Below are positions 48,646 to 62,477 of a DNA stretch of 64,000 bases, piece by piece (position 1 is the first letter of the stretch; each line of letters opens with the position of its first letter). Origin of the DNA: Ginglymostoma cirratum (lineage: Eukaryota); NCBI GenBank assembly GCA_024137785.1, contig JAHRHZ010000002.1, positions 10,024,358 to 10,088,357 of the forward strand. Reading direction: 5' to 3'. The notes beneath the pieces are model-generated. The model had not been told where the DNA came from and made no database searches. It saw only the letters and a program-made list of their open reading frames with translations. The position numbers were made by a program, and so were the translations under genes.

Positions 48646-50115
48646 CTGTGACAAATAGAAAAGAAAACAGTTACGTAAGAGGCTGGAGTGACCGATAATG
48701 AGTAAAATGCCATGGCATTGTCATTTTATTTTCTCTGTGTTCTGATCTTCTCTGCTGCAGGTGCTAGTCATCTTGGTAGAATGAATTTGTCATGACTTAC
48801 TGGGGTAGTGCTAAAACCACTTCCTGAAGTCTTTATAAATTTTATAAGGTCCACAAAGATTCCTCAATTTATGCAATCTCTGGACCTAGGTTGACAGAAA
48901 GCGCAGACAATTTTTAACAATAATTATTATACAGTCGAAATAAATAGAACCTAGCTCATAGGAAATAGTTGTAAACCATTGGCAGATAATACTACTCACT
49001 AAAACTCTAACTTCATCATAATTTCCCTTACAGACATGCACACACACACACACATGTGCACACAACCCCCTCCCCTCCCAATGCACATGCAGACTCCGAC
49101 AAAAAAGGATTCAAGATGGAGGGAGAACCAGGAAAGCAACTCAAAGGTTTCTGTTCACGAGGGTTTGTGGAATGATCCTGATCATTCTGATGCTTGTCAG
49201 AATTCTGCATCTTAATCATTCTTTTCTATTGCTTTCACTGTTCTGAAAAAGGCACGATGTAGCTGGTCTATTTCCAAAATTGTCGCCAAATTATCAATTG
49301 AAATTTAGACCAACTTCTGAATGAAAAATAAACTGCTTTTTATCAAGTTTACAGTGGCTAACTTCACAGAATGGAGAGAGAGAGAGAGAGAGAAAGAGAG
49401 TGTGCTCCTGGCTGGTGAAGAGCAAAAGGCTTCACTGGATCTTATTCCCATCTCTAAACTGTTCAGTAACCTGAGAAAATAATCACAGGCCTGTTTTCAG
49501 ACAGAAGACATTTGTCGTTGTGCATCTGTCAGTAATCCGCAATCTAATCTGCTATTTTACCAATCAAAGCTCCATTCATATGCAACCCTTTGGCTCCAGT
49601 TCACCTGCAAACACTGCTGCAACTGGCAGCTACACAAATAGTACACACAATGAATATCAAATTATTCACTTTCCATACACGTGGAAATTCATGGTTATTA
49701 GAGCCCTAAGACAAAGTAAGAGTATCTATTTGGTCAATCTAGTCAGCTTGGCATTCAATCAGGACACAGCTGATCTGATCACCTTCAATTTCGTGTTCCA
49801 GTTTGTTCCTCATGGGCCTTGATGTCCGCAGTCTTTTCAAATTGAAGAATCACATTGGGCATCTGGACCAATTTTGTTTTTGAGCCTTTAGGTTATCTTT
49901 CTCTAACCAACAACAATCCGGTAGCAGAGGTAAAATTGAACAGCACTGAGCATAAATCTGACCAGGAGAGAGACAACACTCGCAGAAGGAGTTAGTAAAG
50001 CTCTATTATTAGGCTTATGAGTGCGTGGTTAAAAGCAGAAGAAAATTTTAAAAATTGGTATAATAAGTAAAATAAGAATGAAAGCAACAACCAAATTAAA
50101 AGGAGTAAGAGAGGA

Positions 50116-50858
50116 ACATAGAACATAGAACAAATTACAGCGCAGTACAGGCCCTTCGGCCCTCGCTGTTGCGCCGACCTGTGAAACCAATCTGAAGCCC
50201 ATCTAACCTACACTATTCCATTATCATTCATATGTTTATCCAATGACCATTTAAATGCCCTTAAAGTTGGCGAGTCTACAACTGCTGCAGGCAAGGTATT
50301 CCATGCCCTTACTACTCTCTGAGTAAAGAATCTATCTCTGACATCTGTCCTATATCTATCACCCCTCAATTTAAAGCTGTGTCCCCTCGTGCTAGCCGTC
50401 ACCATCCAAGGAAAAAAGCCTCTCACAGTCCACCCTATCCAATCCTCTGATCATCTTGTATGACTCTAGTAAGTCACCTCTTAACCTCTTCTCTCTAACG
50501 AAAACAGCCTCAAGTCCCTCAGCCTTTGCTCATAAGACCTTCCCTCCATACCAGGCAACATCCTGGTAAATCTCCTCTGCACCCTTTCCAATGCTTCCAC
50601 ATCCTTCCTATAATGTGGTGACCAGAACTGTACACAATACTCCAAGTGCGGCTACACCAGAGTTTTGTACAGCTGCAACATGACCTCACGGCTCCGAAAC
50701 TCAATCCCTCTGCCAATAAAACCTAACACACCGTACACCTTCTTAACAACCCTATCAACCTGGGTGGCAACTTTCAGGGATCGATGCACATGGACACCGA
50801 GATCTCTCTGCTCGTCCACACTACCAAGAATCTTACCATTAGCCCAGTACTCTATATT
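50116..50858 (-). mobile_element. Young 5'-truncated CR1 insertion in gene C intron
   Basis: Well-preserved CR1 3' end (TRGHSFKLRGDRYRTDVRDRFFTQRVVRAWN) with microsatellite-type tail; absent at the paralogous site in gene A (about 12060). Confidence 0.9.
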
Positions 50859-51290
50859 GCTGATTCCAGGAGAGGTGAGATGCCTCAGATAAGTGTATTA
50901 GAGAAGAAATTAAGATTAGAGCTGTCAGACGACAGACAAACTAATAGCAAAACTATGCAAGAGTAGTAAATAAGACAGTATCAAGATTCAAAGTGAGTTA
51001 GAAATTAGACAATACCGTGAGTGAGATTGATCAAGAGAGGTGACATAACTGAGATTTAAAGAGAATAGAAAAGGAGTAATGACTGATGATAAGCGAATGT
51101 GATCTTGTTTGCAATATGATGAATTTAATATATTGAGAGAAGGCAACACCAATAAAAAGAAATTATAAGATAGAAGACAAGATGTTCTGAAAGTGAAATC
51201 AATTTCAATAATGTGAGAGCAATGCTCACAGATTTAGAAATCAATACAATGCCACTATTAGAACAAATTTCACAAGTATATTATACTTAC

Positions 51291-51360
51291 CAGGCACTCC
51301 AACTCCAGCAAGGACAGGATAGTATATGGATGCAATCAGAGACATTTCTGTCCAAAGCAT
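51291..51360 (-). CDS. GPR139-like: GPR139-like gene C, exon 1 (MLWTEMSLIASIYYPVLAGVGVP)
   Basis: 70 nt, phase 1, donor G/GTAAGT; TATAAA at 51440-51445. Confidence 0.88.
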
Positions 51361-51659
51361 TTTCAATTTACTATGAGCTCCCGTTCTGGTAGAAGCGACC
51401 AATATAACTATGAGAATAGAAGGCAAATATTGAGGTCTTTTTATAGCGAATTGAGTCTGTCATGTTGTTGTTAGACTGCATCCCTCAGTGAATGTGATCC
51501 AAATGGAACAGACAAGGCTCTCATTGCACCTGGGTTTTCCCTGTAGAAGTCATTAAGCAAAGATACACTTTCATATACACCTTTGGGAACAAGGGCAAGA
51601 TGTTGAAATGATAGCACATTATGTTCTGACTTCAAACCAAGTTAATGATGAATATTAAA

Positions 51660-51860
51660 TAAAAACTGAAAGAACTGTGGTTCCTGTAAATCAGGAACAA
51701 AAACAGAACAAAAACAAAGTTGCTGGAAACTCTCAGCAGGTCTGGCAGCATCTGTGAAGGAGAAAACAGAGTTAACGTTTCAGGTCCGGTGACCCTTCCT
51801 CAGAAAAATAACTTCTGAGAAAGGGTAACCAGACCCAAAACGTTTACTCTGATTTTCTCC
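51660..51860. mobile_element. Penelope-type inverted terminal repeat pair
   Basis: Arms centred at about 51810; CTGAGGA..GAAAC core on the minus strand at 51777-51803. Confidence 0.75.
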
Positions 51861-51937
51861 AGAATGATCTTTCCCTTACATGGCAAGAATGAGCAAATGC
51901 TGGACATGCTCGGTATATCATAACAATGTAATAACTA

Positions 51938-52155
51938 GGAGACGGATGACATGGTGGCTCAGTGGTTAGCACTACAGCCTCACTGCGCCAGGGGCCCAGG
52001 TCCAATTCCACCCTGGGGCGATTGTCTGTGTGGGGTTTGCACATTCTCTGGGCGTTCCAGTTCCTTTCCACTGTCCAAAGGTGTGCAGGCACAGGTGGAT
52101 TGGCCATGCTAAATTCGCCCACAGTATCCAGGGATGTTTAGGTTAGGTAGGTTAG
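51938..52155 (+). mobile_element. HE1-like V-SINE (partial)
   Basis: GGTGGCTCAGTGGTTAGCAC A box, GGTCCAATTCC B box, V domain. Confidence 0.8.
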
Positions 52156-52656
52156 ACTGTTGGGTTTCTGTGAGACATTATAGGCCTATAGCTTGTGCTG
52201 CTATTAACAAGATCTTGGTTGCCTTGATGCATTGTCTCCATTCTCCCAATAAAACTAAAAAATCTGACTTCTCAGTCTTATATGCATCCAGAAAAAGTGC
52301 ACCAAACACTTCTGTGGTAGACAAGTCAAAAGATTCACAATCCATCAGAGTGCATAAATCTCTCCTCATCTCGGTCTTGAATAATTCTTGGCTTATTGTT
52401 AGGATGTATCTGTATATTCCCTGGTCAAGTGGCTCAACCTCATGATGTGTACCCTTTGAATCATCTTCTTATGTTCTGAATAAAAGTCTGAGGCTTTTGG
52501 TGACTAAATTGATGCGATAACTCTGTTTATCTCTATTGATGCTGCATGACCTGCTGAATAGTTCCAGCGAGTACTGTTATTATTACATCTAAATCGTCTG
52601 GTTCAATGCGATCACCAAGCATTCTTATAAATTCCAGAGACTCGGCACAAATTAAT

Positions 52657-53570
52657 TGACTACAGCTCCACCTTCAACACCATTATCCCCTGCAGAACAA
52701 TTTCAAAAATTGTGTGACCTTGGTCTCGGCTCCGCCCTCTGCAACTGGTTCCTCATCTTTCTGACCCACAACCTGCAAAAAGTGAGGATAGATAACTGCA
52801 CCTCCTCTGCAGTAACACTCAACACTGGAACCCCCCAAAGGTGAGTCCTCAGTCCCCTACTGTACTCCTGGTACACCTACAACTGTGTTGCCAAATTCTG
52901 AATGAACGCCATCTACAAGTTCATTGATGACACCACCATAGAGGGACAAGTCAAACTACAGAAGGGAGATAGATCGCTCGGTGACATGGTGCAACGAAAA
53001 CAAAACATCGACAAATCTAAAGAACTGATCATCAACTTCAGAAATGAAGCAGGAGAACATGCTCTGATCTACATCAACGGACCTGAAGTTGAGAGAGTGA
53101 AGACCATCAAGTTCCTTGGAGTGATGATAACTGAAAACCCTGTCCTGGACTTCCCATGTAAATGCAACAGTCAAGAAGGCACAACAACACCTCTTCTTCC
53201 TCAGGCAGCTCAGAAAATTTAGCACGTACATAAGGACCCTCACCAACTTCTACAGATGCACCATTGAAAGCATACTGTCCGGGTGCATAACGGCCTGGTA
53301 CGGCATCTGCTCTGCCCAGGATCATAGGAAACTGCAGAAGGTTGTGAGCACAGCCCAGACCATCATGGAAGCCAACCTTCCACTCATGGGCTCTATTTAC
53401 ACGACGCACAGCCACAGAACGGCAGCCAACACTAAAGACACATTGCACCCTGGTAATGATCTCCTACCACCTCTTCTGTCAGGCAGAAGATACAGAAGCC
53501 TGAACACATGGACAGGCAGATTCAGGAACAGCTTCTTTCCGGTCATTATCAGACTGCTTAAGGGACTGTA
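52657..53570 (+). mobile_element. Rex1/Babar-clade LINE RT fragment
   Basis: DYSSTFNTII, LCNWFLIFLT, LNTGTPQ, YKFIDDTT remnants. Confidence 0.8.
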
Positions 53571-54810
53571 GCCTGACTCCCACAGCTGCCTGGAGTATAC
53601 ATCCTCACACCCCACTTCCTGTAAAGACTCCATTCCGTTCTTGCAGTTCCTCCGCCTCTGTCGCATATGTTCAGATGAGGCCAACTTCGACAAGGGAGCA
53701 TCGAAATTTCCTCCTTCTTCATCAACTGAGGATTCTCCAGCTCCATTGTCGACAGGGACCTCAACAAGGTCCGACCCATCTCCCGCACTTCAACCCTCAC
53801 CCCTTCTCTCCCCTCCCGCAACAGCGATAGAGTTTCCCTTATCCTCACCTACCATCCCATCAGCATCCACATTCAGAAGATCATCAGACGCCATTTCCAC
53901 CACCTCCAGCAAGATGCTTCCACCAGACACATATTCCCCTCCCCTCCCTTGTCTGCCTTCCGCAGGGACCATTCCCTCTGGGACACCCTGGTCCACACTT
54001 CCTTCACCCCCAACACCTCCCCACAGCCCTAACGGCACCTTCCCCTGTAACCGGCGAAGGTGCAACACCTGCCCATTTACCTCCTCCCTACCCACTATCC
54101 AAGCGCCCAAACATATCTTCCAGGTGAAGCAACATTCCAACTGCACTTCCCAGAATCTAGTCTATTGCATTTGCTGCTCACAATGTGGTCTCCTCTAAAT
54201 GGGGAAATGTAGCGTAGACTTGGCGACTTCTTCGCAGAACTACCTGTTGCCTGCCACTTCAATGCACCACCCTGCTCCCTGGCCAACATCTCTGTCTCTG
54301 GCTTGCTACAGTGTTCCAGTGAAGCCCATAGCGAGCTGGAGGAACAGCACCTCATTTTCCATTTGGGGACCCTACAGCCCTCCGGACTCAATACTGAGTT
54401 CAATAACTTTAGGGCCTAAACTCTGTCATGTCCCAAAACCCCACCCCACACACCAGGCCTTGTTACCACATAGCCTGCCACTACACACCACCTATTGTTA
54501 GTCACTAACAGCCCCCATTAACAACTACTCACCCTCCCAGCCTGATCATTAGCAACTCCTTTGTCTGTCCAACTATCTTTCTCTCTCTTTGGGCTCTATC
54601 TTATCATTTACTCCCTACCCCCACCCGCCTCCCTATTTTCTTCCTATAAACTGACGTTTTCCCAGCCACCATCAGTTCTGAGGAAGGGTTACCAGACCTG
54701 AAATGTTAACTCTGTTTTCTCCTTCACAGATACTGCCAGACCTGCTGAGCTTTTCCAGCAACTTTGTTTTTGTTCCTGATTTACAGCATCCACAGTTCTT
54801 TTGGTTTTTA
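53571..54810 (+). mobile_element. Penelope-like element (RT thumb, Zn finger, GIY-YIG endonuclease, terminal repeat), degenerate
   Basis: LEYTSSHPTSCKDSIPFLQFLRLCRICS; GTFPCNRRRCNTCPF; CTSQNLVYCICCSQCGLL-stop-MG (degenerate VY..YIG). Confidence 0.88.
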
Positions 54811-54869
54811 TTAAGTGGGACTTGGTAACGGGATACCAGCCTCTCTGCCTCTATTGTCTTTGTTTTTTC

Positions 54870-57500
54870 TACCAAAATGCAATACCTTGCATTTTTCCGA
54901 ATTAAACTTCATCTGCCACACTTTAGCTCATTGACCCAATGGATCAAGTTCTCTTTGTAATTTTGTATCATCTTCTTCACTGTTCACTGTATGACTAATG
55001 TTGATGTTATCCACAAACCTACTTACTATGCCTTCTATATGCTCCTTTAAGTCATTTATAAAAATGGTAAACAAAAGTGGACCCAACACCAGTCCATGTG
55101 GAACATTGCTGGCCACAGGCCTCCAGTCTAAAAAAAAACCCTCCACCATCACTCTCTGTCTCCTACCGTTAAACCAATTTTGTATGCAATTGGCAAACTC
55201 ACCCTGAATCCCATGTGACCTAACTTTACTAATTAGTCTACCTGGTCAAAGGCTTTATGAAAATCCAAGGAAATAATGTCTACCGTTCAGCCCTCATCAA
55301 TTTTCTTGAATACTTCCTCAAAAAAAACTCAATCAAGTTTGTGAGATGTGATTTCCCAAGCTCAAAACCATGCTGACTAGCTCTAATCATTTCTTGCTTC
55401 TTGAAATGCATATTGTTTATAACCTATATTTTAGATCTATAGACCTGACCTGCAGATCAGGTCCCTGGAGTTTTATCCACCTTTATATTTTCTGAAGTGT
55501 GAACTGTTTTCAAAACGTCACAAATTTATTTCCGAGTTCTCTAGCCTCTATTTCTTTCTTTATGGGAAAAACAGATGCAAAATATTCATTTGATAAATCT
55601 TCTATCTCTAGAGGTTAAATACAACGATGACCTATTTGATCTTTAAGGTGCCTGACTCTCCCTCGAGTTGTTCTTTTGCTCTTAATGTACTTGTAGAATC
55701 TCCTTGAATTTTTGTGAACCCTAATTGCCAAGGCTATCTCATATCGCTGCTTTACCTTCCTGATCACCCTCTTAAGAAAGCCCCTACACTCTTTGTGCTG
55801 ATCAAGAGATGTATTTGAACGCTGTTGTTCATATCTAACATCCTTATTTTTTCCTTCTTGACTAGAACCGCAATATCTTTATTCATCAGTTGTTCTCTAA
55901 TCCTACCCACCTTCCCTTTCACTCTAACATGACTCTGAACCTTCACACTTTTGAAAACCTTCCACTCATCAGACTTCCTTTCCCCTGAGGACAGTATATT
56001 TTAAACAATTTTTGGAAGGTCTTCTCATGCGTATAAAATGTGCCTTACAATTAAAAACTTCAAATTTTATGTAAGGCTTATCCTTTTCTATAATGATTTT
56101 AAAACAAATGGAATTATGATGACTAGTATCGAAGTGTTCCCCTCCTATCACTACAGTCACTAGCCCTGCCTTATTACCCAAGAGAAGTTCAAGTTTTGCT
56201 CCTTCCCGATTAGGAACATTTACACTTTGATAAAGAAAATTTTCTTGAACACAATTAACAAATTCTTCATCATCCAAACCTTTACCATAATGATATTCCC
56301 AGTCAATGTTTGAAAAATTAAAATCGCCCACTATTACAACCCAGTTATTCTTACATATAACTGAGATCTCTCTTCATATCTGGTCCTCAATTTTCTTCTG
56401 AATATTAGGGCATCTAGTGTACATCAAGGTGATCATCCTTTCTCATGGCTGTAATTTCAACACATAATAGCATTGGGTGATCTTTCAGAAATATCTTTTC
56501 TAATTACAGCTGTTATATTTTCCTTAACCAAAAACACCGCACAACTCCTCCTCTTTTGACTCTCTGTCCTTTCTACAGCATTTGAAACATATAGCATCAA
56601 CCTGGAACAATGAGCTGTCTGTCCTATCCATACCTCAGTCAAACCTTTTTACAGTAATAGCTATGATGTCCCAATCCCATGTTCCCAAACATGCCCTGAC
56701 TTCATCAGCCTTACCTGTAAGACCTCTTGCATTGAAATAAGTGCATTTTAATCTGTCAGTGTCACTTTATTCTCTGACTTGCTATTGTCTGTCTTTCCTG
56801 TTTAACTTGTTCTTTTCAGCGTCAAAACCGTTCTCATCTGTATTTCTATTTACTCTGCTACTTAGAAGCCCTCCAACCCCTCCCTAATAGTTTACAGTCT
56901 CCCTTAATAGCATTAGCAAATCTTCCCACTAAGATATTGGTCCCTTTCCTGTACTGAAGACACCCGTCCTTTTCGAACTGGTCATTTCTGCCGCAGAAGA
57001 GATCTGAATGTTCCAAGGTCCTCAATCCCTGAAAATTATACCATTTCTTGAGCCATTGATTTATCTCCATTATCCTTTTATTCTTTCCATTATTTGAGCT
57101 TGGCAGTGGCAGTAAACAAGACATTACCACTTTTGAGTTTCTGTTTTTTAATCTTCTACCTAAGCCATTATATTTAGTCTGTAGACCCTTAGTCATTTCC
57201 TTAACTGTGTCATTTCTACCAATGTGTACAATAACTTCTGGCTTCTCACTTTCCTCTTCAGTTGTTTGGAGGTGCTGTTAATCCTGGCACCAGGAAAGCA
57301 ACGTATCATGCTGGATTCATGCTCACTGCCACAGAGTCTCCTGTTGGTGCCCTTGACAGGAGCGTCCCGAAAACAATCTCTTTAAAATTTTGTCAAACCT
57401 GGCTAATGTAAGATTCAACCCCAGTGCTCAAGATCTGACTGCCTCAACTTTTTTCTTATGAGATACTGTGCTTTTCAACAATACCCAAAACTGAGTATTT
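54870..57500 (-). mobile_element. Long decayed CR1 LINE: ORF1 esterase, APE endonuclease and RT remnants
   Basis: 56858-57196 is SGNH-like ORF1; 55969-56331 has MGDFNFSNIDW; 54928-55152 has VPHGLVLGPLLFTIFINDL. Confidence 0.85.
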
Positions 57501-59719
57501 GTTCGAGAGAGGAATAGCCACACGTTTGAACTATCATCTTACGTTTCCTGACAGTTGACCATATTTGTGAGTGATCTGCTGTGTAATCACTTCTCTAAAA
57601 CTATTATCCATCCAACTCTGTTCTTGGATGCCTTCAATGATATTAGACCTAAAGCGAAGCAGCTTACAATAGGGCCTCATATATATATTAACTTACCTTT
57701 CCTTACCCAAATAATTAATATTCTGCATGCAAAAAAAGATTTTTTAAAGAAAAAAGTCAAACGTATAAATCTTAAATGAAAGCAAACACTTTTCTGAACA
57801 ACCAAATTTTAAACAAAGACTCACCATCAAATGGTCCAGCAGAAAGTTTTCAGTCTTTGGATATAAACAAAAATCTTACTGCAGAGCTGTCCACGTGTAC
57901 GCCTCTCCAAACGCTATGTAAATGCAACTTCATTTATTAAAAAAAAGTAAATCTCTTTAGCGCTGTCAAAGAAATTCTCTTGTGCGTCGATAATCTTTGA
58001 AAAAAAAGCCAAGCAGTGTATGTGTAGGCCTCTCCAGAAGGTCCGTTAACAGAAATCCGTTTGAAAAAAAATTGTGCACTTTTTGTTTGTGTTTTTGAGT
58101 ATAAAGTAAATAAAAATGATTCAAAATAAAGATTGTATTCTACTGAAATGTAATGCCTCTAAGAAATCTAGAAGTACATCTTGAAATAAGTGTTCTATCT
58201 CAGGAACCACCATTCTTCAGGAGCTTGACAGCATAAATGCTGAGAGGATGTTTCCCCTCATGGGAGAGTCTAGGACAAGAGGGCATAGCTTCAGAATTAA
58301 GGGGTTACAATGTAAGACTGAGATGAGAAGGAGTTTCTTCTGTCAGTCGGTTGTGAGTCTTGGGTACTGCTTTGAACAGAGAGCTGTGGGTAGCTCTGGT
58401 ATATTTAAGGCTGAGATAGCTAGTTTCTTGATCAGGACAGGAATCAATGGTTTTAGGGAAAGGGTAGGAAAGTGGATGTGAACAAGATCAGATCCGTCAT
58501 TATCCTATTGAATGGCAGAACAGGCTCAAAGGACCAAATCGCCTGATCGTGATCCATTTTCGTGATGGTCTTATGGCTTTATGAGAAAGATAAACTACCT
58601 CTGCTTCACAAAATACTGAGGTAAGGTGAGAGCAGCTGCTGTTGACATCAAGGTGAAATGTAACTGAGTGTGCCTTCAGGTATCCTTCGCAAATTTGGTC
58701 AATGAGAATCATTAATAAAACTCTCTGATGGTACAACTTGTATCTTATCCAAAGGAAGATGGTTATGAATGTTGGAAATCAGTCAGCTCAGCTCAGATTT
58801 GTACCAAATCTAAAAAACACCCACTCTATTCACACCATCACTTAGTAGCAGCATTATGTACTCTCTACAAGACGCACTGCAGAAATTCACAAAAATTCTT
58901 AGACAGCAGCTTCCAAGTGACATATTTGATTGAGAAGGGCAAGGTTCGGTAGATACATGGGAACACTAGTACCCGAAGTATCACTTTAACAAGAGAGCAG
59001 CCCTATGATCTGGTTGGGTTATGGCTGCTATTTCCTTTACTCCTTCAAGACAGACTTTGTTTTCTATAGCCAGTTGGTATACAGAAGATTTTTAATATTT
59101 GGCTAAAACTCAGCTGGAGTCATGTTGTCCATTATATCTCTGGACGGAGTGGAGAGCTCATCTGAACTGGGAAGCTGAACTTCCTTGTCCATTTCCTGTC
59201 TCAATGGACATATTTGCCATCCCATCACTCACCATCTCCCTTTTGAAAGCTAAATTTGTGTCTAAGGGCACTACACTCTCCTCAGCTGTCAATTACAGAT
59301 GCTAACCAGTGAGTACATCTCTACATACTTGTGTGGCCTTTGGTTCCATGACTGCGAGCTTAAACTAATGCCCTCTGTTTCCTAACTCAATGTGATCTAT
59401 CTCTTCTGATGTGCTCTGTTCAGGCTCCTCAAGCATTTGAGTATTTTCAAGGATGAGAGCATGTAATACCCATCATAGTGTCTGTCCAACTGCAGTTCTC
59501 TCTTGCTCTGGGTTCCATCTCAAAATATCGTTCACTCCTCCCATCATTCTGCATTCCATCTTCAGCATATATAACAAACATTAACTCTGCTTTCTCTTCA
59601 CAGATACAGCCAGACTTATTGAGTTTTCTTGGCAAACTTTTTTAAAATTTATTTTTGACTCTGACCGTTCCTAGCTTCCATCCATTATGGTTTGACATCA
59701 ACTGAGATGCTCCATCATT

Positions 59720-61850
59720 TACCTCTTTATTGTCCTTTGCTGTCAGTACCAACCCACCACCACCCACCTCCAACGCGACCAACCTGTTGTCATTCTGTCT
59801 GCCTTTTCAGAGTATTCTGTCCCCCGGAATATTTATTTCTTGGTGTTTTTTGAGCATGTAACAGAGGCCGTGATTTACCATTTGTGACAACAGTTCTCTT
59901 AAGTTTGTGAACTCTTTGCACTTTCAATTTTAGTTTTTTTATTTACTATTGTCCGCATAGACTGTATTGATACAGCACTCACTATCAAATTCTGCCCCTT
60001 CCGGTTGCACCCTGCTGGCCCTTGTCCCCATCTCTCATCTGTGACCTCAGCCTTTCTCTTATGATATTTATATATTTCCCTTTAACCCAAACACGTGTTC
60101 ACTCTTGTTATTTAAAGCCCATTACCAAGGACAAATTGTAATCCTGGAACTAAGAGTTTCATTAGTACTCCTACCATCACTTCTCCCATTGTCAGCCAAC
60201 TCTCCAACCTCACTTTGCATAAATGAAACACTTCGTCTCTCACCATGAATTCCATACATTACCACTTTTTCAGTCGATACTCCTTCTGAATTACATATCC
60301 CCTCATCTGTCACCGTCAAGGATTGACATGCTCCCGTATCACTTAAAACTTTAATTTCTTTACCTCCTCCTCCTGGCATGCACAAATAAATATTACCCGC
60401 ACAAGCAAAAAATTTAATGAGATCTGACACTTCCTTCCCAACAACGCCTGATCAGGTTATACATTCAGTTACAGCTTTTTAGCTTCAACTATGCTATCCT
60501 TTACCACTTTAACACTTACCCTGTTTTTCCACATCCTTCTTCCCAGTGCTTTCTTTTTCCTCATCCTGCAACTTCATCTGGCCTACTTTATTGTAGTGAG
60601 AGTACCTGAGATTTTTGTTCTATTATTTCTCTTCATAGTTTTCCTTTTTTACCCTGTGATAAACTGTCTTTACTGTCTTCAATGAGATCTTCTTTTCCCT
60701 TACCACCTGATGACTTCTCTCTTCTGTAATTTCTATCCCTCACAGAATAAAATTGATGTTGGAAGCCCAACTTTTATTTATGAACCAATTCATAATTATT
60801 GGTCATTTCCGCTGTTAATCTTGAAATTTTAATACAGTGCTCCTACACCTGAGTTCTCACTGCTTCAAGAAGTGAATTTTTGATCTCCTCCAAAATAATC
60901 GTCTCTCTAAGAGCGTCATATGTCTGATCTATTTTTAATGCCTTTACCCACGTATCAAAACGACTTTGTTTGATCCTTTTAAACTTGATGTATATTTGAC
61001 CAGGGTCCCTCCTTAAATTCCTGAAATGTTTTCTATAGCCTTCTGGCACTAGTTCATATGCACTTAAGTTGGCTTTCTTCACTTCCTCATGCTCCCCAGA
61101 TACCTCCTCTGATAATGATGCAAATACCTCACGAGATCTACTTACTAACTTTGTTTGGATCACCAATACCCACATGGTCACTGGCCATTTCATTTGTTTC
61201 GCCACTTTCTCAAATAAAATGACTGTCTGTGTGGAGTTTGCACATTCTCCACTGTGTCTGTGAGGGTCTCCCGGAGCTCCGGTTTCCTCCCACAGTCCAA
61301 AGATGTGCAGGCTAGGTGGATTGGTCATGCTAAATTGCCTGTAGTGTTCAGGGATGTGTCGATGAAGTGGGTTATATGGGGATGGGTCTGGGTGGGATGT
61401 TCTGAGGGTCAGTGTGGACTTGTTGGGCTGAAGGGCCTGTTTCCACACTGGGATTCGATGATTCTATGATTCTAATTCAAGCTTCTTTATTTGCATTTGA
61501 ATTTTTGCCATTTTCAAAGAATATGATGGCATTTCCAGCAATTGAAAATGTCAAACTATTTTTACAATTGCCTCCCCTTTGCGCACAGACAAAGGCAAGC
61601 CCAACTTGAGCGGGTCTGCCAATTCCAAAATCCTTGACCTTGCTCACTTTCTGTAAAACTCCCAAAGTGACTTCTTCCATCCCAAGAAAACTCTTAGTGA
61701 GCCATTACACGAGTCACACCCTGTCCAAACAAACTGAATTCAGTACTTGAAACAAAACCCACAAACACTTACCACTTGCTGCCTTTGAGTCCAATAATCC
61801 TAAACCTAACCTGGATTTAATGATTTTGATCCTGGCAAGAGATGCCAATT
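59720..61850 (-). mobile_element. Gypsy (Gmr1-like) internal remnant: gag and protease
   Basis: FEKVAKQMKWP..AYELVPEGYRKHFRN..ILEEIKNSL gag; IKVLSDTGACQSL protease; degenerate primer-binding site TGGCATCTCTTGCCAGGAT next to the LTR. Confidence 0.82.
61220..61470 (+). mobile_element. 5'-truncated HE1-like SINE inserted in the Gypsy gag
   Basis: TGACTGTCTGTGTGGAGTTTGCACATTCTCC...GATTCTATGATTCT. Confidence 0.85.
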
Positions 61851-62477
61851 TGTTATGGACCAGACGCCCTAAAAATATTTTAAGAAGGTGGTCTAGATCG
61901 AAGCTTTTTTGTCTTATTTAAAGGCAAAGGTAAAGTTTTGTGTTTCACATCCAATTTGACTGGTCAAACTATTCAACGTTAAGCAAAACACAATTTATTC
62001 AAACCCTTTTGTTAGAATATAATGAAAGAAAGAAGAACTTAGAAGAACTTAACTCTCTTGGAAGACTGAACAGAATAACTGCTACAGTAGCTATTACTAA
62101 TTAACTGTTCCAATGTAATAACATCCCATAAACACACCAGGTGGCAAAAAGGCAAATTCAGAAAACAGATTTTGTCTCATATGCAATCCAGCAGTCGGTG
62201 AAGAGAACCCGAAACTTTTGGTTGTAATTGAGAGAGGGAAAAATAGCTTCCATTTCTTCAAGTCCACAGCAAGAACTGCTTAAAGCTTGCTGAAAATCCT
62301 TGTTCCGTGAGAGCATTACCATACCCACTCAGGCTGCCTCTGTTTTTCCAACATTTAAACTAAGCCCAAAGCCTCACAAGCTGTGTATCTTCTCATGGAC
62401 TGTTCGACACATTCCCCAATCTCTCTCTAAAAGATAACAGGGAAATATAAATCCCTTGAAGCTACAGCATCATTGCA
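61851..62477 (-). mobile_element. Gypsy 5' LTR
   Basis: Minus strand TGCAATGATG...GGTCCATAACA, immediately followed by the primer-binding site. Confidence 0.7.

Noticed and set aside
51950-52020. tRNA-like sequences with A and B boxes
   Set aside because: They are SINE heads continuing into V domains, not tRNA genes.
60843-61448. 201-aa ORF as a domesticated gag
   Set aside because: N-terminal part is an antisense SINE; the gag is interrupted and stops early.
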